This document shows positions 41,420-48,579 of a DNA stretch of 48,579 nt, piece by piece. Within the stretch, counting starts at the first letter, position 1, and every line of letters begins with the position of its first letter. The notes under the pieces are model-generated. The model searched no databases, was not told the origin of the DNA, and worked only from the letters and a program-made list of their open reading frames with translations. The stretch covers positions 1 through 48,579 of the forward strand of contig DATBCN010000055.1 in the NCBI GenBank assembly GCA_036270475.1. The letters are read 5' to 3'. Made by a program: the position numbers and the translations under genes. This stretch comes from Candidatus Angelobacter sp. (lineage in GTDB: Bacteria; Acidobacteriota; Terriglobia; Terriglobales; Acidobacteriaceae).

Positions 41420-43423
41420 CTATTTTCCCTGCATTGCAGCCGTCATCTTGTCGGCGGTCCGCTGGGCAAGGGCCATAATCGTGACCATTGGATTCGCCCC
41501 CAAAGCCGTGGGACAAGCGCTGCCGTCGCCAATCCACACACCCTTCACGTCATATAACTCACCGTCAGTATTGGCGACGCTGGTTGCCGGGTCCTTGCCC
41601 ATTCGGCAGGTACACAACTGGTGTGCGCTAATCATGGGCTGCGCTCCGTTCAGAACCGGCAGCTTCATTACGGATTGGATAAATTCCTCAAGATTTGCGC
41701 CCCGTTTCCATGAGACATGACCGTGGGCCAGGCTGATGATAATTTCCTGTGCTCCAGCGGCATCGTGAATGCGAATGGCTTCAGCGGCGGCTCGCCGGAA
41801 ATTCTTTTGGTCAGTTTCATCATCGAGCGAATAAAACGGAACTGCGTTTCCAGCTTCATCGAGCGTGACCTGGCCAGCGCCCTTGTCCCGAAGGAACCAG
41901 ATGAACGTGCTGATGAACGGTACTTTGCTCATCAATTCCTTATGTCCTTCACCGGAATCCCAGGGAATTACCGAGGCCACAAAACCCGGTCCGAATGCCG
42001 GAATCTCCATGTAAAAGCCAAAACCCTCACCCGTATTGACGAAGTGTTCGCAGTTGGTGGTCATGGGCGATCCCCACCAGCCTCTCTGTTTTTCCTTGTA
42101 GACGCCGTAGACGGCGCCGCCCGGTTGCACACGAAGGTTTTTCCCGACGGCGGGCCCACCGATGCCGGTCCGAAGCAACAGTGCCGGAGACTCAAGAGAT
42201 CCACAAGCAACTACTACCTGGGGAGCGTTGACAGTCACTTTCGTTGCCCGCCCTTGGTCAGAGTAGATTGCTTCCACGCCGGTGGCGCGTCCATCCTCCA
42301 CGAGGATGCGGCTGGCATGGCAGTGAATTAAGAACTGAGTTCCATTGCGGAAAGCATCCAGGAGAAATGTTCGCCTCGCGGTTTGCTTTCCGCCGGTTTG
42401 ATCCCCAAACCCTGTGTATCCCGCCATGAGAGGATTGAAGATGTTTGGGTCCCAGTTGATGTGGGTCTGTTTGTGCAGATAATTGAGTTTGTCGCACCCT
42501 TCCCTCATGCGCAAGTTTTGTGAATTGTAGAAGGAAGTTTCAGTGGAGGACATGATGCGCCGCTCCACATCATCGAGATAGTGATCAAACTCATCCTTAT
42601 CTAAGCCCTCAAGTCCGTATTGTTCTGCCCAGTCTTCACGCACCAGGGGCGGCGTGCGGACGCAATTCATCCAGTTAATTTCTGTTCCCCCACCCAGCGA
42701 GCCGCCGGCGAGTAGCGCCACGGTGCCATTCACTGTGGGCGTGGCTCCGCCTCGGTACCACAAATGCCTGTATCCCCACAGCTCAAGTTGGTGAAAGTCT
42801 GATGAGTTGTAATGACCGCCTGCTTCCAAAACAACAACACGCTGCCCGCGGGCTGAAAGTTTGGCTGCAATGGCCGCGCCGCCTGCGCCGGACCCCACGA
42901 TGCACACGTCGGCTTCCATCGTCATGCTGCAGCCTTGCGGCGTTACAGTGTGGATTTGTTTTGGTTTAGCATGAGGCACACTGATTGGGCCTGGATATCC
43001 CATGGCTTCCCAATTTGGATTTTGTCCCCGAGGCGATCCATAGGTGACCGCATTCGGGGCGTCCCCAGGTTCCTCAGGAAGTCCATACGTGAGTAGCAGT
43101 GTCTGTTTTTGATAATACGTGACCACTTGGCCCGAGAGCGGTGATGAACTGGCTATCTGCACCAGCATCTTTTCCTGTTGTTCCAGCGATGCTTTAATGA
43201 AATCGCGGGCGGAGAGGTCGTCAAGAAATTGAACCAGGACCCTGCGCAGCTTCTCAGGAACGTCATTCAGTATTGCTTTTGCAAGTACCTTGTCCGCGCC
43301 GATGTCAGAAGCTGTGCGTGCCCAAAAGCCGAGAGGGTCTTCCGCAACTTTGATGGACGGAACAAAGGTATTGCACAGGGACCGCAGGACCAATTTCTGA
43401 GTTTCGGTTAGATCGAGGCTCAT
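41420..43423 (-). CDS. GMC-family FAD oxidoreductase with a ~190-aa N-terminal extension
   Basis: FAD binding is DVCIVGSGAGGAAIAAKLSARGQRVVVLEAGG, with a C-terminal GMC His/Asn region. The ORF track starts at GTG 43510 with no SD. ATG 43423 (MSLDLTETQK) is preferred. Confidence 0.8.
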   Translation of the reverse strand: MSLDLTETQKLVLRSLCNTFVPSIKVAEDPLGFWARTASDIGADKVLAKAILNDVPEKLRRVLVQFLDDLSARDFIKASLEQQEKMLVQIASSSPLSGQVVTYYQKQTLLLTYGLPEEPGDAPNAVTYGSPRGQNPNWEAMGYPGPISVPHAKPKQIHTVTPQGCSMTMEADVCIVGSGAGGAAIAAKLSARGQRVVVLEAGGHYNSSDFHQLELWGYRHLWYRGGATPTVNGTVALLAGGSLGGGTEINWMNCVRTPPLVREDWAEQYGLEGLDKDEFDHYLDDVERRIMSSTETSFYNSQNLRMREGCDKLNYLHKQTHINWDPNIFNPLMAGYTGFGDQTGGKQTARRTFLLDAFRNGTQFLIHCHASRILVEDGRATGVEAIYSDQGRATKVTVNAPQVVVACGSLESPALLLRTGIGGPAVGKNLRVQPGGAVYGVYKEKQRGWWGSPMTTNCEHFVNTGEGFGFYMEIPAFGPGFVASVIPWDSGEGHKELMSKVPFISTFIWFLRDKGAGQVTLDEAGNAVPFYSLDDETDQKNFRRAAAEAIRIHDAAGAQEIIISLAHGHVSWKRGANLEEFIQSVMKLPVLNGAQPMISAHQLCTCRMGKDPATSVANTDGELYDVKGVWIGDGSACPTALGANPMVTIMALAQRTADKMTAAMQGK

Positions 43424-43570
43424 TGATATGAACTCTTTCTCAAGCGGTTTGTACGGGCCATGGATGTTACCCATCCAGGGATGGCAGCAAGGAAACATTG
43501 CACCATCCACTGGAGGAAAACTGACACCACTTGCATCGGCATTGTCTGCCCCATTTTTCGGCGCGCTGGA

Positions 43571-44251
43571 TCAACTAGCGCGCTGCGACTTGGGGACTAG
43601 CTTGAAATAAGTTGTGACCAGAGCAACAAACCCGGCTGCCAGGATCTTGATTTGTTCATCGATCTTGTCCGACCAGATTGGCAAGTAGCCGCTGCCCAGA
43701 TACACTGAAGCTCCGCGCACTCCTTCATATCTGCCGGTAGCCTGCGTAACCATCGCCCCGCTGCAGACCCAGAACTGGGCGCCCCCATTTTTAAGCGGAG
43801 CAATCTTCGGAGTTGAAGGACCGACCGTGATTAAAGATGTGGCGTCCGAATCAAAAAAATAAGCTTGTTTGGAATAGCCCTGGTTGGTGGAATGGAGTTT
43901 GTCGACCGGAGGCTGGTCGAAAGGCTCCACCTGGACAGGGGGCCACTGAAATGATTCATCCAGACTGGTCGGGTCAATAGGAAATGTTGTTGCCACGCGC
44001 GTGCCTGGTATGACTTTGTGATTGAGATCAGTCAGCGGACCGTGCGAGGAAAAATAGGGATGTCCCGTGGGGTCCTTCAGGACAATAAACTCATTGTTAT
44101 TGAAAGCCAGCACCTCTTCGACAGGGCCATTTGCCAACTGCGGAAACTCTATGCCGCTCGCGAAAGACGCGATCATGTCGCGTATTCCATCCAGGGCATT
44201 CACAATGCTCCTCTTGTCCGGCTCCTGGCATGGTTTGGATTGATCAGCCAT
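43571..44251 (-). CDS. Hypothetical protein (226 aa), possibly with a C-terminal dirigent/allene-oxide-cyclase-like beta-barrel (weak guess)
   Basis: ATG 44251 has the strong SD AAGAGGAG 8 nt upstream. The ORF track extends it to 44308. The C-terminal TQATGRYEGVRGASVY resembles the GxxGxFxGxxG signature of dirigent/AOC-type barrels. There is no signal peptide. Confidence 0.5.
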   Translation of the reverse strand: MADQSKPCQEPDKRSIVNALDGIRDMIASFASGIEFPQLANGPVEEVLAFNNNEFIVLKDPTGHPYFSSHGPLTDLNHKVIPGTRVATTFPIDPTSLDESFQWPPVQVEPFDQPPVDKLHSTNQGYSKQAYFFDSDATSLITVGPSTPKIAPLKNGGAQFWVCSGAMVTQATGRYEGVRGASVYLGSGYLPIWSDKIDEQIKILAAGFVALVTTYFKLVPKSQRAS

Positions 44252-44399
44252 TTTGTCCACTCCTCTTTCAGATGTAATGCGCAACGTGAAATCAACTCCA
44301 CAGTGCAATAGACGAAAAAAAAGAAATAATTTGCAAATTGAAAAGCAGTGAAATGACCGTTAGTTCAGAGTAAATTGGCGCGGCAAAAAGTACTCAAAA

Positions 44400-47300
44400 T
44401 CAGACCTTCTCGTTAGAAGCCCGAATGCGATCATTGGTGGAGGCCACGACAATAAATTCATAGGCCTCCGGCTTCGCGCTTAGGAAGGGCGCCGTAATCG
44501 CGCTGACCTCCTTAAATCCATTCTGGAAGAATTGGTCCCCGCTTTCCTTTGACGTCCAGAAGCTAATGGCGCTGACATGCCCAGGGTCGGTAGCGGAAAC
44601 CAGAACAATCTGGTCAACAAACCCTGCCGCGTGCTGAATAACTTCCGGTATGGCCCGGTTGTGAATCGCGGCAACCAGCAATTCGGCTTGTCCTGGCTTG
44701 GCGGTTAGTTCGATGATATGACTGACCATTGACGTAGGCTCCTTTTTTATCTGTGTGTCAGCACTCTGCTGGTTTGCGGGGATTGTTGCGTTTTCTTGTT
44801 TGATACTGGATGCCGCTCCCAGCCCAGAGCCTATGGCCGCCTTGAGAGGAACAGGGAAACTGCCTGCGGGAGAAATAGCGTTTGCATTGGAAATCTCGCC
44901 GCCTGGTCCTACCTGTATGCCGATGTAAGACACAGAACGGGATGTGGAGATTTGCGCCGCAACTTGGGCCGTCCATTCGAAGCCGTTTTTTTTCCACACT
45001 CCAAAGCCCGAGAACGTGTAGGAGCTAAACAGCTCATCCCCCACCATGGACTTGCCAGCATCGATCCATGCCAGGCTGTGCATCTTGAACTTACCTTGCT
45101 GGGAGTGGTTCTCATACTCAAAGCGCACTTGATTTTCGCTGTCTCCGCCCGTCTTGGCAAAGTTGAAGGAGAAGACCTCACCGCGCGATGAAAGCAGTTG
45201 TTTGGCGTCGATGACCGTATCAGTGGCCGGACCATCGCCGTGCCGAATGGCCCAGAGCCACAAATAAGGATCGAGCGCGCCGCCATCGACCACGGCGTAT
45301 CCGGTGGCCATGTTTTGATCAGGGAAGAGAAATCCCTTGGGGTATGGAATATGTACCTCGCCAAAATATTCGAAAACCATCTCACCGTAAGTTCCGGAGC
45401 TGATCTCTCCCTGTCCCTTGAAGAAGAAAGAGCTAGTTGGCGTGCGCGGTTCAACGCGAAGCAGAGCAAAAATCAGATCCTGGTTGATAAATGCGCGGTG
45501 CAAAAGCGGATGGACTAACTTTCCTGTCCGCAAATCAAACGCGCCTACAGAAAGATCGAAAGGATCGTCCAGGATGGCCAGGTCGTTCAATGGATAAGTT
45601 TGCAAAGGGAAACGCAGGTTTTCGTAAAATCCTTCTGGACCGGGTGTAAGTTGTCCTGGGAACAACTGTGCTATCGGCGTCCTTGATAACGGAGCCAGCA
45701 TACCGCCCGCAGTGCTTGTCGAGACCGCTATGGGAACAGTGTTACCAGTGCGCGGTCCAAACTGGATCTGCACCCGGCCCAGCAAACGTGAGCGCCCTAA
45801 TGCCGGTCCTCCGGTTTCCGGCGTGTTTAGGGTAAATAAGTCTCCGAAAGAGCTGACTGCGGTGAACAAAGTAAACTCCTGCAGGGTATTGAGCGGCACC
45901 GGAGGGATTTGCCTAACCGGCTGCGCAGGCTGCGAAGCTCTTGTGGTGATTGTTATATGCGGATGGAGCGCGGTTCCGTTCGATGGAATCGAACCGTATT
46001 CCCTGTTAGGGCCGCAGAAATTTAGCGGAAAGCAAGTGTCATTTCCAAGAGGGACAAAGGTGCTTCCCTGAAACGTAAGGTCAAGATTGCCATCAGTGCG
46101 CTGCGTGAACTCAATGCTGGCCGATCCGTATTGTCCAGGAAACGAAAGCGGTGTTTGAGGAAAATTCGGATTCACCCTTACCAACGCGAATAGCGCGCTG
46201 TTAAAAAAGTTAGCATAAATATTCAAACTGCCTGGGGTTGGATCGACCTGGCCAGTACGCAGGTCGAGCCTTCCAGTAGAAATATGTCCCGGCACGTCCG
46301 CGATGCACTGCTGTTTTCCCGGCAGTTTGTAAAACGTGGGAGCGGTCAAGACCCCGTCACTGCCTGTGAGTCCTTGGGGGAATGAGATCTGAAATGTGGT
46401 CCAGCCATCGACGGGGGGCGTGAATTTGACGAGAATGTCTCCGGACAAATGGCTATTCATCATGGCCAATCCGCCGAAGAGTAAATTATTGCCGCTGCTC
46501 CATTGAATGGTTTGAGGTGTCCGGCAATTTTGCGCGCTGATGGCGTCGCCGAAATAGCTGGCGTCAGTGTTCAAGGGCAACACTTGCTGAAGTCCCGGAG
46601 GCAACCGCAAGACGAAAGTTTTATCGTCGTAGGTCTGCGCTTCAGCGGCGGAAGGAGACATGCCGGGACTGTTGCGCGAAGGCGCTGGAACGGGTGGGCC
46701 AGGTACGGGCAAGAGTCGCGGTGCAACAAAATCCGCGCGTGTCCAATTTGGCCCCTCGGCTCCTTTGTATCTGGCAACAGGATCACCCGCGAGAACATCG
46801 TTCACGTTGATGAACGGAAACCTTGTGCCAAATTTCTGGTTTAGGCACAATAAGAGTTCATTCGCGAGAAGCGCCTGACCGGTAGCGCCAGGGTAGTGTC
46901 CGTTCAATGAGTAAAAGCCGCCAAGATACTGGCCGGTAATATTTCGATCGCCAACGAGTATGCCTGTATTGCTGACTTTCTCAAAGAATGAGTAGAGATC
47001 AAAGACAACGGCGCCTTGAGCACGCGCAATTTGTCCAATAATCTCATTCAGGGCCTTAATTTTGTCCCGCAAAGCATTGGCCGATGCTGCCGAAAGGACC
47101 CAACTCTCCGGGAGTGGAACAAACTTGCTAACCGCAGTCGGTCCAACCGACGCCGCATTGAGTTGGAACGCCATTTCATTCAGGCCGTTGGCGGAAATGA
47201 GATCACTGGGGCCAAGCCGCCAAAACTCCAACAGCATGGATTGTTCAAGCTTGAGAAGTGATGAGGCAGACGCAAGGGTGGAGAAATGCGCAGTGTCAGT

Positions 47301-47903
47301 GGGGTCGGGAACGTTCAGCAGCATCACCGTTGCACCGGCAGTCACTAGTTCGCTGACAATTTTCAAATAGTCAGATCTGAACTGGTGAGGCTCCGGCAAA
47401 TGGTCCGGCTTGCCAGCCACGGCTGCGGCAAGGGCCTCGGCATAGCCAAGTTCCACAATCACAAAACCAGGCTTGCTCTGTACTGCCATCTCCAATTGGG
47501 TCGGATATGGCTCAGGCTTTCCGTTGATGATGCCCCCTAGCCCAAGCACTAGATTAACTGCTGTTTGTTGGCTGTTGCTCCTATTAACCAAAGGCTGCTT
47601 CGGACGCGTGCGAATGGCGTCTGCAACCGTAAAGTTCGGAACAGAAAGGTTTGATATTGGTTCCGGTGAGACCTTCTGAAGCACTGTGGATTGCAAGGGT
47701 GACGGTACAATGCTTGCACATGGCGCAAATCCAATTACGCTGCCAATTCCAGGTGGCTGGAATAGAGGTTGGACCATCTCTGTTCTCATTTGCACGGCCA
47801 TTTGGGCAGGGAAGCTGAATTGCTGCGCATCCTGGGACAATGAAAAGTCGCCCATGCCGGCGGCGAGTCCTTCCCCCATAACAACAAAAGGTGATGTTTT
47901 CAA
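44400..47903 (-). CDS. Large orphan multidomain protein (1167 aa): N-terminal SGNH-like domain with substituted catalytic residues, two copies of a ~230-aa module, C-terminal ABM/Dabb-like domain
   Basis: The TTG start has GGAG 6 nt upstream. N-terminal blocks resemble GDSL/SGNH (VVMGEGLAAGMG for GDS; VIVELGYAEAL; LNGHYPGATGQALLA for DxxHP). The internal repeat is LDLRTGQV..FFNSALFALVRVNP..FPGQ (aa 545-591) against FDLRTGKL..FINQDLIFALLRVEP..FKGQ (aa 789-831). The last 109 aa look like an antibiotic-biosynthesis-monooxygenase fold. Confidence 0.7.
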   Translation of the reverse strand: MKTSPFVVMGEGLAAGMGDFSLSQDAQQFSFPAQMAVQMRTEMVQPLFQPPGIGSVIGFAPCASIVPSPLQSTVLQKVSPEPISNLSVPNFTVADAIRTRPKQPLVNRSNSQQTAVNLVLGLGGIINGKPEPYPTQLEMAVQSKPGFVIVELGYAEALAAAVAGKPDHLPEPHQFRSDYLKIVSELVTAGATVMLLNVPDPTDTAHFSTLASASSLLKLEQSMLLEFWRLGPSDLISANGLNEMAFQLNAASVGPTAVSKFVPLPESWVLSAASANALRDKIKALNEIIGQIARAQGAVVFDLYSFFEKVSNTGILVGDRNITGQYLGGFYSLNGHYPGATGQALLANELLLCLNQKFGTRFPFINVNDVLAGDPVARYKGAEGPNWTRADFVAPRLLPVPGPPVPAPSRNSPGMSPSAAEAQTYDDKTFVLRLPPGLQQVLPLNTDASYFGDAISAQNCRTPQTIQWSSGNNLLFGGLAMMNSHLSGDILVKFTPPVDGWTTFQISFPQGLTGSDGVLTAPTFYKLPGKQQCIADVPGHISTGRLDLRTGQVDPTPGSLNIYANFFNSALFALVRVNPNFPQTPLSFPGQYGSASIEFTQRTDGNLDLTFQGSTFVPLGNDTCFPLNFCGPNREYGSIPSNGTALHPHITITTRASQPAQPVRQIPPVPLNTLQEFTLFTAVSSFGDLFTLNTPETGGPALGRSRLLGRVQIQFGPRTGNTVPIAVSTSTAGGMLAPLSRTPIAQLFPGQLTPGPEGFYENLRFPLQTYPLNDLAILDDPFDLSVGAFDLRTGKLVHPLLHRAFINQDLIFALLRVEPRTPTSSFFFKGQGEISSGTYGEMVFEYFGEVHIPYPKGFLFPDQNMATGYAVVDGGALDPYLWLWAIRHGDGPATDTVIDAKQLLSSRGEVFSFNFAKTGGDSENQVRFEYENHSQQGKFKMHSLAWIDAGKSMVGDELFSSYTFSGFGVWKKNGFEWTAQVAAQISTSRSVSYIGIQVGPGGEISNANAISPAGSFPVPLKAAIGSGLGAASSIKQENATIPANQQSADTQIKKEPTSMVSHIIELTAKPGQAELLVAAIHNRAIPEVIQHAAGFVDQIVLVSATDPGHVSAISFWTSKESGDQFFQNGFKEVSAITAPFLSAKPEAYEFIVVASTNDRIRASNEKV

Positions 47904-48145
47904 GAGTTACTCCGAGACACCAGACGCAGAGATGCGGCGAAATCGTGTTTCTTGGGTCGCGTAACATGAGACACCCAGCACAACCAGAACTTGCGGACAG
48001 GGCAATTATTTGTTCTTGCGGGGGTTGCAGAGGTAGTTAGGCTTCTGTTATCCGGGGGTTACAAGAGTTTGCGCGAGCAACTTCCCATGAATAAATAAAA
48101 GGGTGACTGCTCAGAAAGATATTCAGAAGAGATCGGAAAAGGGCG

Positions 48146-48179
48146 GGAAAAAGGCGCAGCGGAAAAACATGCCGCGCCT
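48146..48179 (-). terminator. Rho-independent terminator candidate after the SRPBCC gene
   Basis: The minus strand reads AGGCGCGGC-auguuuuucc-GCUGCGCCU, a 9-bp stem with one G-U pair, followed by UUUUCCC. It begins 9 nt after the stop at 48188. Confidence 0.5.
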
Positions 48180-48187
48180 CTCCGCAC

Positions 48188-48577
48188 TCAGGCCAGATAT
48201 TTTTCCAGCGGTTCGAAGTAATTTGCCTTCCAACCGGCTTCCAGGTGATCTGCGGCTCCCTCTGGAAAGCCTACATGGTCAAGAAGCAGCTTGGTGCCGG
48301 AGCCCTGCTCTCTTAGCTCAAATCTAACAATTGAATAAAGGCCGGCCTCCCAATTACCAGCCCGCCAGGCCTGAACAATTCTCTGGTTGGGCACCAGTTC
48401 AATTTGCCGGCCTGTAATCATGCCCCCAAAACAGGAGAAGACGCCACCTGCATCACTGCTGATTTCTGTTGGAGCTCCGCCGGTGATCTTGCTGAATTGT
48501 TTGGCATCTACCAGCGCTGCATAAATTTGTGTTGGAGTTGCTTTCAGGACCACTTCCTGATGAATAGCTGTGGACAT
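48188..48577 (-). CDS. SRPBCC/AHSA1 (Aha1-like) domain protein, cytoplasmic paralogue
   Basis: 129 aa. MSTAIHQEVVLKATPTQIYAALVDAKQFSKITG...RIVQAWRAGNW...VRFEL...DHVGFPEG is collinear with the C-terminal domain of the 38276..38824 product. Confidence 0.8.
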   Translation of the reverse strand: MSTAIHQEVVLKATPTQIYAALVDAKQFSKITGGAPTEISSDAGGVFSCFGGMITGRQIELVPNQRIVQAWRAGNWEAGLYSIVRFELREQGSGTKLLLDHVGFPEGAADHLEAGWKANYFEPLEKYLA

Positions 48578-48579
48578 GG

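Noticed and set aside
1-48579. I looked for CRISPR arrays, IS elements/transposases, integrases, tRNA/rRNA genes, toxin-antitoxin pairs and known defence-system hallmarks.
   Set aside because: I found no regularly spaced direct repeats, no terminal inverted repeats flanking a transposase-like ORF, no tRNA-like cloverleaf sequences and no nuclease/helicase/methylase-type ORFs. The search was by eye only, so short RNAs could have been missed.

Overview
This 48.6-kb chromosomal window holds about 34 protein-coding genes. I recognised no rRNA, tRNA, CRISPR array, IS element or transposase by eye. The gene content suggests an Acidobacteriota-like genome (inference only): two MacB/FtsX 'duplicated orphan permease' (ADOP-type) genes, two sigma-54 enhancer-binding proteins and a Ser/Thr kinase-TPR protein. 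Four things stand out. (1) At 10.8-15.0 kb lies a compact class III-type lanthipeptide operon. It has a 41-codon precursor gene that the ORF track missed (10797..10922), a lyase-kinase-cyclase LanKC, and a translationally coupled stand-alone LanC with a full Cys/Cys/Cys zinc-ligand set. (2) A repeated regulatory architecture occurs four times. Pairs of TGTCCA-N4-TGGACA dyads phased exactly 20 bp apart sit next to GG-N10-GC (-24/-12, sigma-54 type) promoter candidates. The four sites lie ahead of both ADOP permease genes, the lanthipeptide precursor and a GAF-like sigma-54 activator gene, which suggests one regulon. (3) At 22.0-35.9 kb lies an orphan lipid/pigment-type cluster. A tightly coupled ACP / ketosynthase / Cys-less ketosynthase partner / class-I HMG-CoA-reductase homologue operon is followed by an ECF sigma with a ZAS anti-sigma. 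A second coupled operon follows: CrtI-like flavoprotein, degenerate-SDR::acyltransferase fusion, a UbiB/ABC1 kinase plus a degenerate paralogue, and a carotenoid-cleavage-type dioxygenase. (4) A minus-strand trio at 41.4-47.9 kb encodes a 1167-aa orphan protein with an internal duplication and a C-terminal ABM-like domain, a 226-aa orphan and an extended GMC flavoprotein. The rest is housekeeping or sensory: a DinB-like protein, a PLP dehydratase, an amidase, a NarL-type two-component pair, SRPBCC paralogues and a secreted orphan. All family calls come from motif recognition by eye; no database search was possible.
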